From an uncultured Planctomycetales bacterium (GTDB lineage: Bacteria; Planctomycetota; UBA1135), in the NCBI GenBank assembly GCA_964453755.1, contig CAYVPL010000002.1, positions 1 to 38,879 on the forward strand: 38,879 bases of DNA. The letters are read 5' to 3'. The position numbers and the translations under genes are program-made. Below are positions 24,973 through 32,077 of the stretch, piece after piece. Under the pieces are notes generated by a model. That model saw only the letters and a program-made list of their open reading frames with translations, was not told where the DNA came from and did no database searches. Numbering within the stretch: the stretch's first letter is position 1; every line of letters begins with the position of its first letter.

Positions 24973-25311
24973 TCAATCCGGATCCCAGGCGTTCCGGAGG
25001 AAGATCCCCTCGCCCCCCTTCTTCCAGGCCTCGCGGTCCACCAGCATCGGCCGCGCCAGGTCGCGCTGAAGGGCCTCGCCTGCAGCGCGGCTCGGAGCGT
25101 GGATGGTCAGCCGCCCTGAGCCGCGGCAAACCTGGCAGGCAAGCGGCCCGCGCAGCTCGCCGGTGTCCCGGCACCAGAGGCAGAAGTAGTGGCGGCCGCG
25201 GCGCCGCCGGCGCGGCTTTGCTGTCTTGCAGTGGTGGCATGGGCGCGGCTCAGGAGGAATGCCCTCCGAGCATCTCGGGCATGGTTTCAGCAGGAAATCA
25301 GCCGGCCGCAC
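24973..25311 (-). CDS. small four-CxxC zinc-finger protein (DnaJ CR-like CxxCxGxG motif)
   Basis: 112 aa with a GTG start at 25311. The Cys motifs are CPRC, CHHC, CLWCRDTG and CQVCRGSG, with an Arg-rich stretch between the pairs. Third-codon positions are GC-rich, consistent with real coding. Confidence 0.45.
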   Translation of the reverse strand: MRPADFLLKPCPRCSEGIPPEPRPCHHCKTAKPRRRRRGRHYFCLWCRDTGELRGPLACQVCRGSGRLTIHAPSRAAGEALQRDLARPMLVDREAWKKGGEGIFLRNAWDPD

Positions 25312-25365
25312 GATTGCACCCTATCCGCTTGAAAACCGCATTACCACACAGCAACATGACACGCC

Positions 25366-26052
25366 ATGGACTTCTCCGTGCAGGTGCCAGACCTCGACGA
25401 TCTGCTGGTCGATCTTGACCACGTCGCGCGGAGTCAGATTCCCTTCGCCACGGCCGTCTCGCTGCGCCGGCTCGGCCTGGCCAGCGTCGATCGGCAGCGC
25501 ACGGAATTGGCCAAGCGCTTCACGCTCAGGAACCGCGGCATCCCGAAGGGATTCACGATGAGCCCCATGCGGCCGAACAAGAAGGACTGGCCGAACATCT
25601 TCGTCGAGGTGGGCGCCAAGCCAGGCTTCGAGTTCTTCAAGCTGCACGAGACCGGCGGAGTGAAGCGAGCCGCAAGTGGCCGCGTGGCCATTCCTACGCG
25701 CTTCGTCCACGGCGATCGCACCGCGCGCGGCGCGATCAAGGCGAGGCTGAAGCCCGGCTCTCTGAAGCAAGCGCGCGTCCACGATGCCCGACTGGTGGCC
25801 AAGCCCCTCGGCGCGCAGCCGAACCTCTCCATCTTCTACCTGCTGCGCGAGCGCGCTCAGATCAAGCCGCGCCTCGGACTGCGTGAGACGGTGACAGGAG
25901 AGGTCGCTGGCAGTTACAGAGACGTGTTCCTGCGCGAGCTGACCGCGGCTGTCGCATCACGCCGCACACGTGGACAGTCATTGTCAAGTGAACACGGACG
26001 CATGCTCTACCTCAGAAAGCGCTACCGGGTGGAGGGCATGATCCACAGATGA
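25366..26052 (+). CDS. phage protein of unknown function
   Basis: 228 aa and the first plus-strand gene after the divergent spacer. The opening MDFSVQVPDLDDLLVDLDHV ... AVSLRRLG loosely recalls HK97-gp10-like morphogenesis proteins, but I cannot assign a family. Its stop overlaps an in-frame ATG of the next ORF (ATGA at 26049-26052). Confidence 0.45.
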   Translation: MDFSVQVPDLDDLLVDLDHVARSQIPFATAVSLRRLGLASVDRQRTELAKRFTLRNRGIPKGFTMSPMRPNKKDWPNIFVEVGAKPGFEFFKLHETGGVKRAASGRVAIPTRFVHGDRTARGAIKARLKPGSLKQARVHDARLVAKPLGAQPNLSIFYLLRERAQIKPRLGLRETVTGEVAGSYRDVFLRELTAAVASRRTRGQSLSSEHGRMLYLRKRYRVEGMIHR

Positions 26053-26282
26053 GCGTGGTGAAGGAGAGGACCACGCCTGCGCCGCGCTGGCGTGCGATTA
26101 ACGCGGGGATGAGGAGCAATAGAACTGCTACCATCTCGCGCAAGCGCCGTATTAGATCGAGCACGCCGGGTATGGGGGGTCGGTCTGGGTCCTTCCTGGG
26201 GGGGGGTGGAACGGGTGACGGCGACCGTCCGAGATCTCTAGTTACTGGGCAGAAATCGGGGTTTACATGCGTCCGGAGGACC

Positions 26283-27761
26283 ATGGCGCCCCGATCTCCG
26301 CAATCCGATGACCAACCCCGCCGGAAGAAGGAGCAACCGGAGGGCAACCAGGACGACGCCGGCGGCGAGGTCTGGCGCTCCAGTCAGATCCAGCACTGGC
26401 CGACCGAAAAACTGCAGCCCTACGCGCGTAACCCGCGCACCCACTCGGCCGAGCAAGTGGAGGCGCTCGCCGCGAGCATCGCGCGCTTCGGCTTCACCAA
26501 CCCGATCCTGGTGGACGAAAGCCGCGGGGTCATCGCCGGGCACGGCCGGCTGCTGGCCGCGAAGCTCCTAGGGCTCGCGAAGGTGCCGGTCGTGGTGCTC
26601 GACCACCTGAGCGAAATCGAACGTCGCGCCTACGTGATCGCCGACAACCGCCTGGCGGAGCTCGCGGACTGGGACCAGGACCTGCTCGCCGAGGAGCTCT
26701 GCATCCTCGAGGGCGAGGGCTTCCCCGTTGAGCTGACCGGCTTCGACGAACGCGAGATCGATCGGCTGATCGGCGAGAGAATGGACGAGGATCCAGAGGG
26801 CGAAGCCAGCGATGAACAGCGCGCGGCCGCCCAGGCGAAGTGGAAGGTGCAGCGCGGCCAGGTCTGGAAGGTAGGCCCGCACCGGCTGATCTGCGGCGAC
26901 GCCACCCAGGCGCGCGACTGGCAGGCGCTCATGGCTGGCGCGCGCGCCTCGGTGGTGTTCACCGATCCGCCCTACGGCGTGGCCTACCAATCCTCGAGCG
27001 GCGCGCACCAGGCCATCCGCGGAGACGAGCAGCGCGACGTCGCCCTGGTGGACCGGCTGCTGCGGCCGAGCCTGGCACTGGCCCTGCAGCACGCCGAAGA
27101 CGAGGCGGCCTTCTACATCTGGCACGCTATCGAGACGCGCGAGGACTTCGTGGCCGCGATGCGCGCCGTCGGCCTGATCGAGCTCGACACGATCATCTGG
27201 GCCAAGCCATCCGGCAGCCTCGGGATGATGGACTACCGCCGGGACTACGAGCCCTGCTTCTACGCCGCGAAGGACGGAATGCGGCCGCGCTTCTACGGCG
27301 ACCGCACCCACACCACCGTCTGGCGCGTGACCGCCTCGGTCGAGGACTCCGGTTGGATGGCGCTCGGCGCCGGCGTGATCGTCATCGCCGGCGAGAAGCA
27401 CCGGCTTTACCTGGCGCCGCGCGAACCAGAAGGAAGGCACCGCATCCGACGCTTCCGGATTCCTGAGTCCGGATCCGTCCGGCTGATGCCGAGTGATGGC
27501 CAGGGCAACTTCTGGGAGGTCGCGCGCGACAGCGGCTACCTGCACCCGACGCAGAAGCCCGTCGAACTCGCGCGGCGCGCGATCCTGAACAGCAGCCAGC
27601 CGGACGAAATCGTGGTCGACTGCTTCCTCGGCTCCGGCAGCACGATGGTGGCGGCTGAGCAGTCGGGCCGCCGAGCGTTTGGCATGGAGCTCACAGAGAG
27701 CCACTGCGCCACGATCCTGGCGCGCATGGAGCGGCTTGGCCTCTCCCCCCAACTCGAGTAG
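26283..27761 (+). CDS. ParB-like nuclease domain fused to a beta-class N6A/N4C DNA methyltransferase
   Basis: The ParB-N segment is LQPYARNPRTHSAEQVEALAASIARFGFTNPILVD ... IAGHGRLLAA. The methylase motif IV is FTDPPYG, then HPTQKP, then motif I DCFLGSGST. The preferred start is ATG at 26283, after GGAGGA. An alternative coupled start at 26049 would add a basic 78-aa extension with lower third-position GC. Confidence 0.8.
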   Translation: MAPRSPQSDDQPRRKKEQPEGNQDDAGGEVWRSSQIQHWPTEKLQPYARNPRTHSAEQVEALAASIARFGFTNPILVDESRGVIAGHGRLLAAKLLGLAKVPVVVLDHLSEIERRAYVIADNRLAELADWDQDLLAEELCILEGEGFPVELTGFDEREIDRLIGERMDEDPEGEASDEQRAAAQAKWKVQRGQVWKVGPHRLICGDATQARDWQALMAGARASVVFTDPPYGVAYQSSSGAHQAIRGDEQRDVALVDRLLRPSLALALQHAEDEAAFYIWHAIETREDFVAAMRAVGLIELDTIIWAKPSGSLGMMDYRRDYEPCFYAAKDGMRPRFYGDRTHTTVWRVTASVEDSGWMALGAGVIVIAGEKHRLYLAPREPEGRHRIRRFRIPESGSVRLMPSDGQGNFWEVARDSGYLHPTQKPVELARRAILNSSQPDEIVVDCFLGSGSTMVAAEQSGRRAFGMELTESHCATILARMERLGLSPQLE

Positions 27762-27763
27762 GG

Positions 27764-28366
27764 ATGCCGAAGCTATCGATCCAGCACTACGCGCGCACCC
27801 GGGGCAAGTCGCGCACCGCGATCTACAAAGCAATCCGCGAGGGCCGGATCCGCGAGGCGGTCAGCCGAAGCGACGCCGGCAAGATCGTGCTCGACGCCGA
27901 GCTGGCCGACCTCGAGCTCTCCCGGAACACGGACCCGACCATGCAGCGGGATCCGGAGGCAATCCGATCAGGCATCGAGGCCACCAAGGATCCGACCGCT
28001 GGTCCTCTGTTCAACGCGGAGCCGCCGGCGACGGTGGCCGAGCCCGCCGCTGACAGCAAGGCGCCAGAGAGCGCGCGAACGGCTCAAACCCTGAGCAGCA
28101 GCAAGGCGGCGCTAGCCCAACTCGACGCGCGCATGCGCCGACTCGATCTGGAGGAACGGATGGGCAAGCTGGTCAGCACGCAGGGGGTCGAGGTTGAGGT
28201 GTTCAAGGCCAACCGCACCATCCGTGACATGCTGCGAGGAATAGGCAGAAAGGCCGCGCCGCGCCTCGTGGGCGAAGGGTCAGAGGAGAAAATCCGCGCC
28301 GTGATCGACGGCATCGTGGAAACCGTGCTGCTCAACCTCTCAGACGAATTCAAACTCAACAAGTGA
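27764..28366 (+). CDS. terminase small subunit, Nu1-like
   Basis: 200 aa, immediately upstream of and overlapping (GTGA) the GpA large-terminase gene. It has an N-terminal HTH (LSIQHYARTRGKSRTAIYKAIREGRI), a low-complexity linker and a helical C-terminal half. The call rests mainly on position and architecture. Confidence 0.55.
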   Translation: MPKLSIQHYARTRGKSRTAIYKAIREGRIREAVSRSDAGKIVLDAELADLELSRNTDPTMQRDPEAIRSGIEATKDPTAGPLFNAEPPATVAEPAADSKAPESARTAQTLSSSKAALAQLDARMRRLDLEERMGKLVSTQGVEVEVFKANRTIRDMLRGIGRKAAPRLVGEGSEEKIRAVIDGIVETVLLNLSDEFKLNK

Positions 28367-30303
28367 TCTCAGCCCAGGAGAGAACGCGCCTCCTGGTGCG
28401 CAACATTCTGGCCGCTGCTTACAGGCCGGACCCGAACATCTCGATCAGCGAGTGGGCGGCGACCTACCGCATGATGACGTCGGCGACGAGCGGCACGGTC
28501 GGGAAGTGGAGCAATGAGTACAACGCTCTGCTGACAGAAATCATGGATTGCCTTTCCCCCTACTCGCCGGTGCAGGAGGTGACTGTTCAGGGGCCCTCGC
28601 AATTCGGAAAGTCGGAGGTCGGCCTGAACTGGCTGGGGCACACGATCCATCTCTCGCCGCGGCCGTTCCTTCTGGTGCGAACGGATCTCGGCGCAGCGAA
28701 GCGATTCAGCCACCAGCGGATCGAGAAGATGATCGAGGCGTGCGAGCCGCTGCGCACTCGAGTGGCGGCGAAGAAATCGCGGGACAAGACCAACACAACG
28801 CTCCTCAAGGAATTCCAAGGCGGCCTGCTGGTGCTCGCCGGCGCCCAGAGCGCGGCCAGCCTTCGGGATATGCCGGCGGCGTGCCTCTGGATGGACGAGC
28901 TCGATGGGTTCGGCGAGGAGCTCGAGGGCGAGGGCGACCCTGCCGCGATTGCGAAGAACCGCACGGGGAGCTTCGGCACCATGGCCAAGATCCTGCGCAC
29001 GTCAACCCCGAAGCACACGGGAACCTCGCGCATTCACGCGGCCTTCCTCCTCGGAGACCGGAGCCGGCGCCAACTCCCCTGCCCGCACTGCGGCCACTTC
29101 CAAGTGCTCCGCTGGGCGCAGTTGAAGTTCGAGGCGGATGCAGATCAGGAGGTCCACGACGTCCACTATGAGTGCGAGGAGTGCAAGAAGCCCATCCCTG
29201 AGCGGATGAAGGGCGCGATGCTGGCTGCGGGAAGGTGGGCGCCGGAGAAGCCGGAGCGCAGCGGCACGCACCGCAGCTTTCACTGGAACGCGCTCTACCA
29301 GCCGCCGGGCGCCACGAGCTGGAAGGCGCTGGCGAAGCAGTGGGTGGACATCCACAAGCCGCGGCTCAAGGTCGGCGCGCTGAAGAACTTCGTAATGACG
29401 CAGCTTGCCGAGCCTTACCAGCAGAAGGGCGAGGCTCCGGATTGGGAGAAGCTCCTGCAGCGGCGCGAGCCCTACCACTTCGGGACCGTGCCGCGCGGAG
29501 GCTTAGTCCTCGTCGCCGGCGTGGACGTCCAAGGCAATCGGATCCAAGGCTCGGTCTATGCCTTCGGCCGCAACCTCGAGCGCTGGCTGGTCGACCGGTT
29601 CACGATCGAAGGCGACACGGCCACAGACGAGCCTTTCAAAGCTCTGGAGAAACTGCGGACCACGGCTCGGTACAAGCACGCCGGCGGGCAGATGATGCAG
29701 ATCCGTAGCCTCGCTATCGACACCGGCCACCGAACGCATGCGGTCTACTCCTGGTGCCGCGGGAAATCTGGGCACTCCGTGCTGGCCGTGGACGGCCGCA
29801 GCTTCCGCAACCTCCCGATGCTGGTCGGCACGCCGAAGCCGATGGACATCAACTTCCGCGGCCGCCGCGCCGCGCGTGGTGTCCTGCTCTGGCCGGTGGG
29901 CTCGGGCATGGGCAAGGAGGAGCTGTACGGCTGGCTCCAGCTCAAGCCACCAACCAAGGCTGACGAGCCCTTCCCCTTCGGCTATTGTCACCTCCCAGAG
30001 GACGCCGACGAAGAATTCTGCCGGCAACTGTGCGGAGAGGAAATCCGAGTCAACAAGAAAGGCAAGCTGGAATGGGTCAAGGTCTACGAACGCAACGAAG
30101 CACTGGACGAAGCGGTCTACGCGCGCGCCGCGGCGTACGTGCTGCGGGTGGACTACTGGCAGGAGGCCGAATGGGCGGAGCTGGAAATGATGCTCGGCGT
30201 GAATCAGAAGGCGCCGGCGGCCAAGGCCGCAGCCAAGCCCCCGTCCACCAAACAGCCGGCGTGGAGGCCTAGAAAGTGGCGTCCTGGACACAGGGGCAGC
30301 TAG
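28363..30303 (+). CDS. terminase large subunit, GpA (lambda A) family
   Basis: 646 aa. A Walker-A-like motif, VQGPSQFGKSEVG, is present, along with WMDELDGF. A zinc-ribbon-like segment, CPHCGHFQVL ... YECEECKKPI, is typical of GpA proteins. C-terminal nuclease-region matches are AGVDVQGNRI and AIDTGHRTHAVYSW. Confidence 0.9.
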   Translation: MISAQERTRLLVRNILAAAYRPDPNISISEWAATYRMMTSATSGTVGKWSNEYNALLTEIMDCLSPYSPVQEVTVQGPSQFGKSEVGLNWLGHTIHLSPRPFLLVRTDLGAAKRFSHQRIEKMIEACEPLRTRVAAKKSRDKTNTTLLKEFQGGLLVLAGAQSAASLRDMPAACLWMDELDGFGEELEGEGDPAAIAKNRTGSFGTMAKILRTSTPKHTGTSRIHAAFLLGDRSRRQLPCPHCGHFQVLRWAQLKFEADADQEVHDVHYECEECKKPIPERMKGAMLAAGRWAPEKPERSGTHRSFHWNALYQPPGATSWKALAKQWVDIHKPRLKVGALKNFVMTQLAEPYQQKGEAPDWEKLLQRREPYHFGTVPRGGLVLVAGVDVQGNRIQGSVYAFGRNLERWLVDRFTIEGDTATDEPFKALEKLRTTARYKHAGGQMMQIRSLAIDTGHRTHAVYSWCRGKSGHSVLAVDGRSFRNLPMLVGTPKPMDINFRGRRAARGVLLWPVGSGMGKEELYGWLQLKPPTKADEPFPFGYCHLPEDADEEFCRQLCGEEIRVNKKGKLEWVKVYERNEALDEAVYARAAAYVLRVDYWQEAEWAELEMMLGVNQKAPAAKAAAKPPSTKQPAWRPRKWRPGHRGS

Positions 30304-30482
30304 ACGCGCTCAACGCGGCGATCGCGGAAGGTGTGCTGACCGTGAAGTACCGTGATCGCACCGTCACCTATCGCAGCCTCGAGGAGATGCTGCGCTTGCA
30401 GGACCGGATGCAGCGCGCCCTCGGCCTCACGTCGGCAAACGGTGGCAGGAAGCTGTTCAGTTTCAGGAAGGGAACCGAATGA
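30276..30482 (+). CDS. gpW-like head-tail joining protein
   Basis: 68 aa, the same size as lambda gpW. The GTG start follows GGAGG at 30263-30267. QLDALNAAIAEGVLTVKYRDRTVTYRSLEEMLRLQDRM matches the gpW pattern. It occupies the lambda position between terminase and portal. Confidence 0.7.
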   Translation: MASWTQGQLDALNAAIAEGVLTVKYRDRTVTYRSLEEMLRLQDRMQRALGLTSANGGRKLFSFRKGTE

Positions 30483-32032
30483 GCGAATTCAACTGGGAGC
30501 GCAATCGGCTACGTCCGCGCCTGCTGGTGGGAATGGACCGGATGCCCATCCGGGTCACTCCGACCGCGCTCGACCGACTGGTTGGCTGGATCAACCCGCG
30601 CGCTGGCAGGAACCGACTGCAGCATCGTGCAGCTCTGCAACGCACCTACGAAGGCGCCGCGCTCGGCCGGCGCACGGACGGCTGGTGGACTCCGTCGCGC
30701 TCGGCCAATGCCGAGATCGGTCCCGCGCTCACCCGCCTTCGCAACCGCGTTCGCGACCTGGCCAGGAACAATCCCTATGCCAAGGCGGCCATCCGAGGAA
30801 TCGTCAAGAACACGGTTGGCACCGGCATCACGCCGCGCTTTCTTGGCAGCGAGCGAGCAGTCAAGCAGGCGAAAGATCTCTGGAACTTGACCATGGGCAC
30901 GCCGTCGATCGACGCCGGCGGCCGCGGAAATTTCTCCGTGCTGCAGAAACTCGTGATGAACACGGGGTGTCAGTCGGGAGAGGTTCTCGTGCGGCGGCGC
31001 GTGCGTCAGCCCGGGGATGGATTGCTCGTGCCGCTGCAGCTGCAGGTGATCGAGCCGGATCACCTGGACACGATGAAGGACGGCCGGCAGGAGAACGGCA
31101 ACACCGTGATCCAAGGCGTGGAGTTCGACCGGATCGGGCGGCGCGCGGCCTATTGGCTCTTCCCGGATCACCCCGGCGAGGCGGCCGCCTGGAGTGCGCG
31201 CTCCTTCGAATCGCAACGCGTGGAGGCCTCGGAGATCCTGCACGTCTTCGAGCAAGAGCGCCCTGGCCAGGCGCGCGGCGTGCCGGCTGGCGCGGCGGTG
31301 ATCCTGCGCTCGCGCAACTGGGATGAGTACTCCGACGCCACCCTGCAGAAGCAGATCGTGGCTGCCTGTTACGCCGCCTTCGAGATCGACGCCGACCCCG
31401 AGAATCCTTCGACCGGCGGTCCGCTGGAAGTGGACTCGATGGAATCCGGCACGGTGCAGAAGTTGGGGCCTGGCCGCGACGTCAAGTTCTCCAACCCGCC
31501 GCAGGTCAACGACATCGAGGCCTACGCCAGTGTCACCCTTCACGAGATCGCAGCTGGCTGGGCGGTGCCGTACGAGCTGATGACGAGCGACTACAGCCGG
31601 ACCAATTACTCGAGCGCGCGGATGGCTTGGAACGATTTCGGCCAGAACATCGAGGACTGGCAGTGGAATCTCATGATTCCGCAGTTCTGCCAGCCCGTCT
31701 TCCAGTGGTGGCTGGATATCGCCTACCTCTCCGGCGCCCTGACCCTGCCCGTCTCGGTGAGCTGGCGCCCGCCGAAGAAGCGGATGCTGGACCCGACCAA
31801 GGAAATCCCGGCGCTCCGGGCGGGAATCCGTGCCGGCCTGATTCCGCTCAGTCAGGCGCTCGAGCAGGACGGCGAGGATTTCGACGAAGTCATGCAGGAG
31901 TACCGGACGGTGAACAAGAAGCTGGATGCGCTGGAAATCATCCTGGACAGCGATCCGCGCAAGGTCACCCTCTCGGGAATTCTTCAGGCCGGCGACGTTC
32001 CGGACAGCGAGCAGCCGGTGGCCAAGAAGTAG
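30479..32032 (+). CDS. portal protein, lambda family
   Basis: 517 aa. YEGAALGRRTDGWWTPSRSANAEI ... LRNRVRDLARNNPYAKAAIRGIVKNTVGTGI is the lambda-type portal N-terminal signature. The start overlaps the gpW-like stop (ATGA). Confidence 0.9.
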   Translation: MSEFNWERNRLRPRLLVGMDRMPIRVTPTALDRLVGWINPRAGRNRLQHRAALQRTYEGAALGRRTDGWWTPSRSANAEIGPALTRLRNRVRDLARNNPYAKAAIRGIVKNTVGTGITPRFLGSERAVKQAKDLWNLTMGTPSIDAGGRGNFSVLQKLVMNTGCQSGEVLVRRRVRQPGDGLLVPLQLQVIEPDHLDTMKDGRQENGNTVIQGVEFDRIGRRAAYWLFPDHPGEAAAWSARSFESQRVEASEILHVFEQERPGQARGVPAGAAVILRSRNWDEYSDATLQKQIVAACYAAFEIDADPENPSTGGPLEVDSMESGTVQKLGPGRDVKFSNPPQVNDIEAYASVTLHEIAAGWAVPYELMTSDYSRTNYSSARMAWNDFGQNIEDWQWNLMIPQFCQPVFQWWLDIAYLSGALTLPVSVSWRPPKKRMLDPTKEIPALRAGIRAGLIPLSQALEQDGEDFDEVMQEYRTVNKKLDALEIILDSDPRKVTLSGILQAGDVPDSEQPVAKK

Positions 32033-32077
32033 CGCCAGAGCACCGGTTTCGCTGCCACTTGACGCGGGCCTTCCCGT

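Noticed and set aside
26219-26226. The 8-mer CGGCGACC, identical to part of the lambda cohesive-end sequence GGGCGGCGACCT.
   Set aside because: An 8-mer this GC-rich is expected many times by chance in this genome, so it is not evidence of a lambda-like cosN. Only the location of the surrounding palindrome is retained, as a weak cos candidate.
26012-26347. A 111-aa minus-strand ORF spanning the spacer upstream of the methylase, with a hydrophobic segment (MVAVLLLLIPALIA).
   Set aside because: It has no ribosome-binding site, overlaps the ends of two plus-strand genes, and has a Pro/Arg-rich composition outside the short hydrophobic run.
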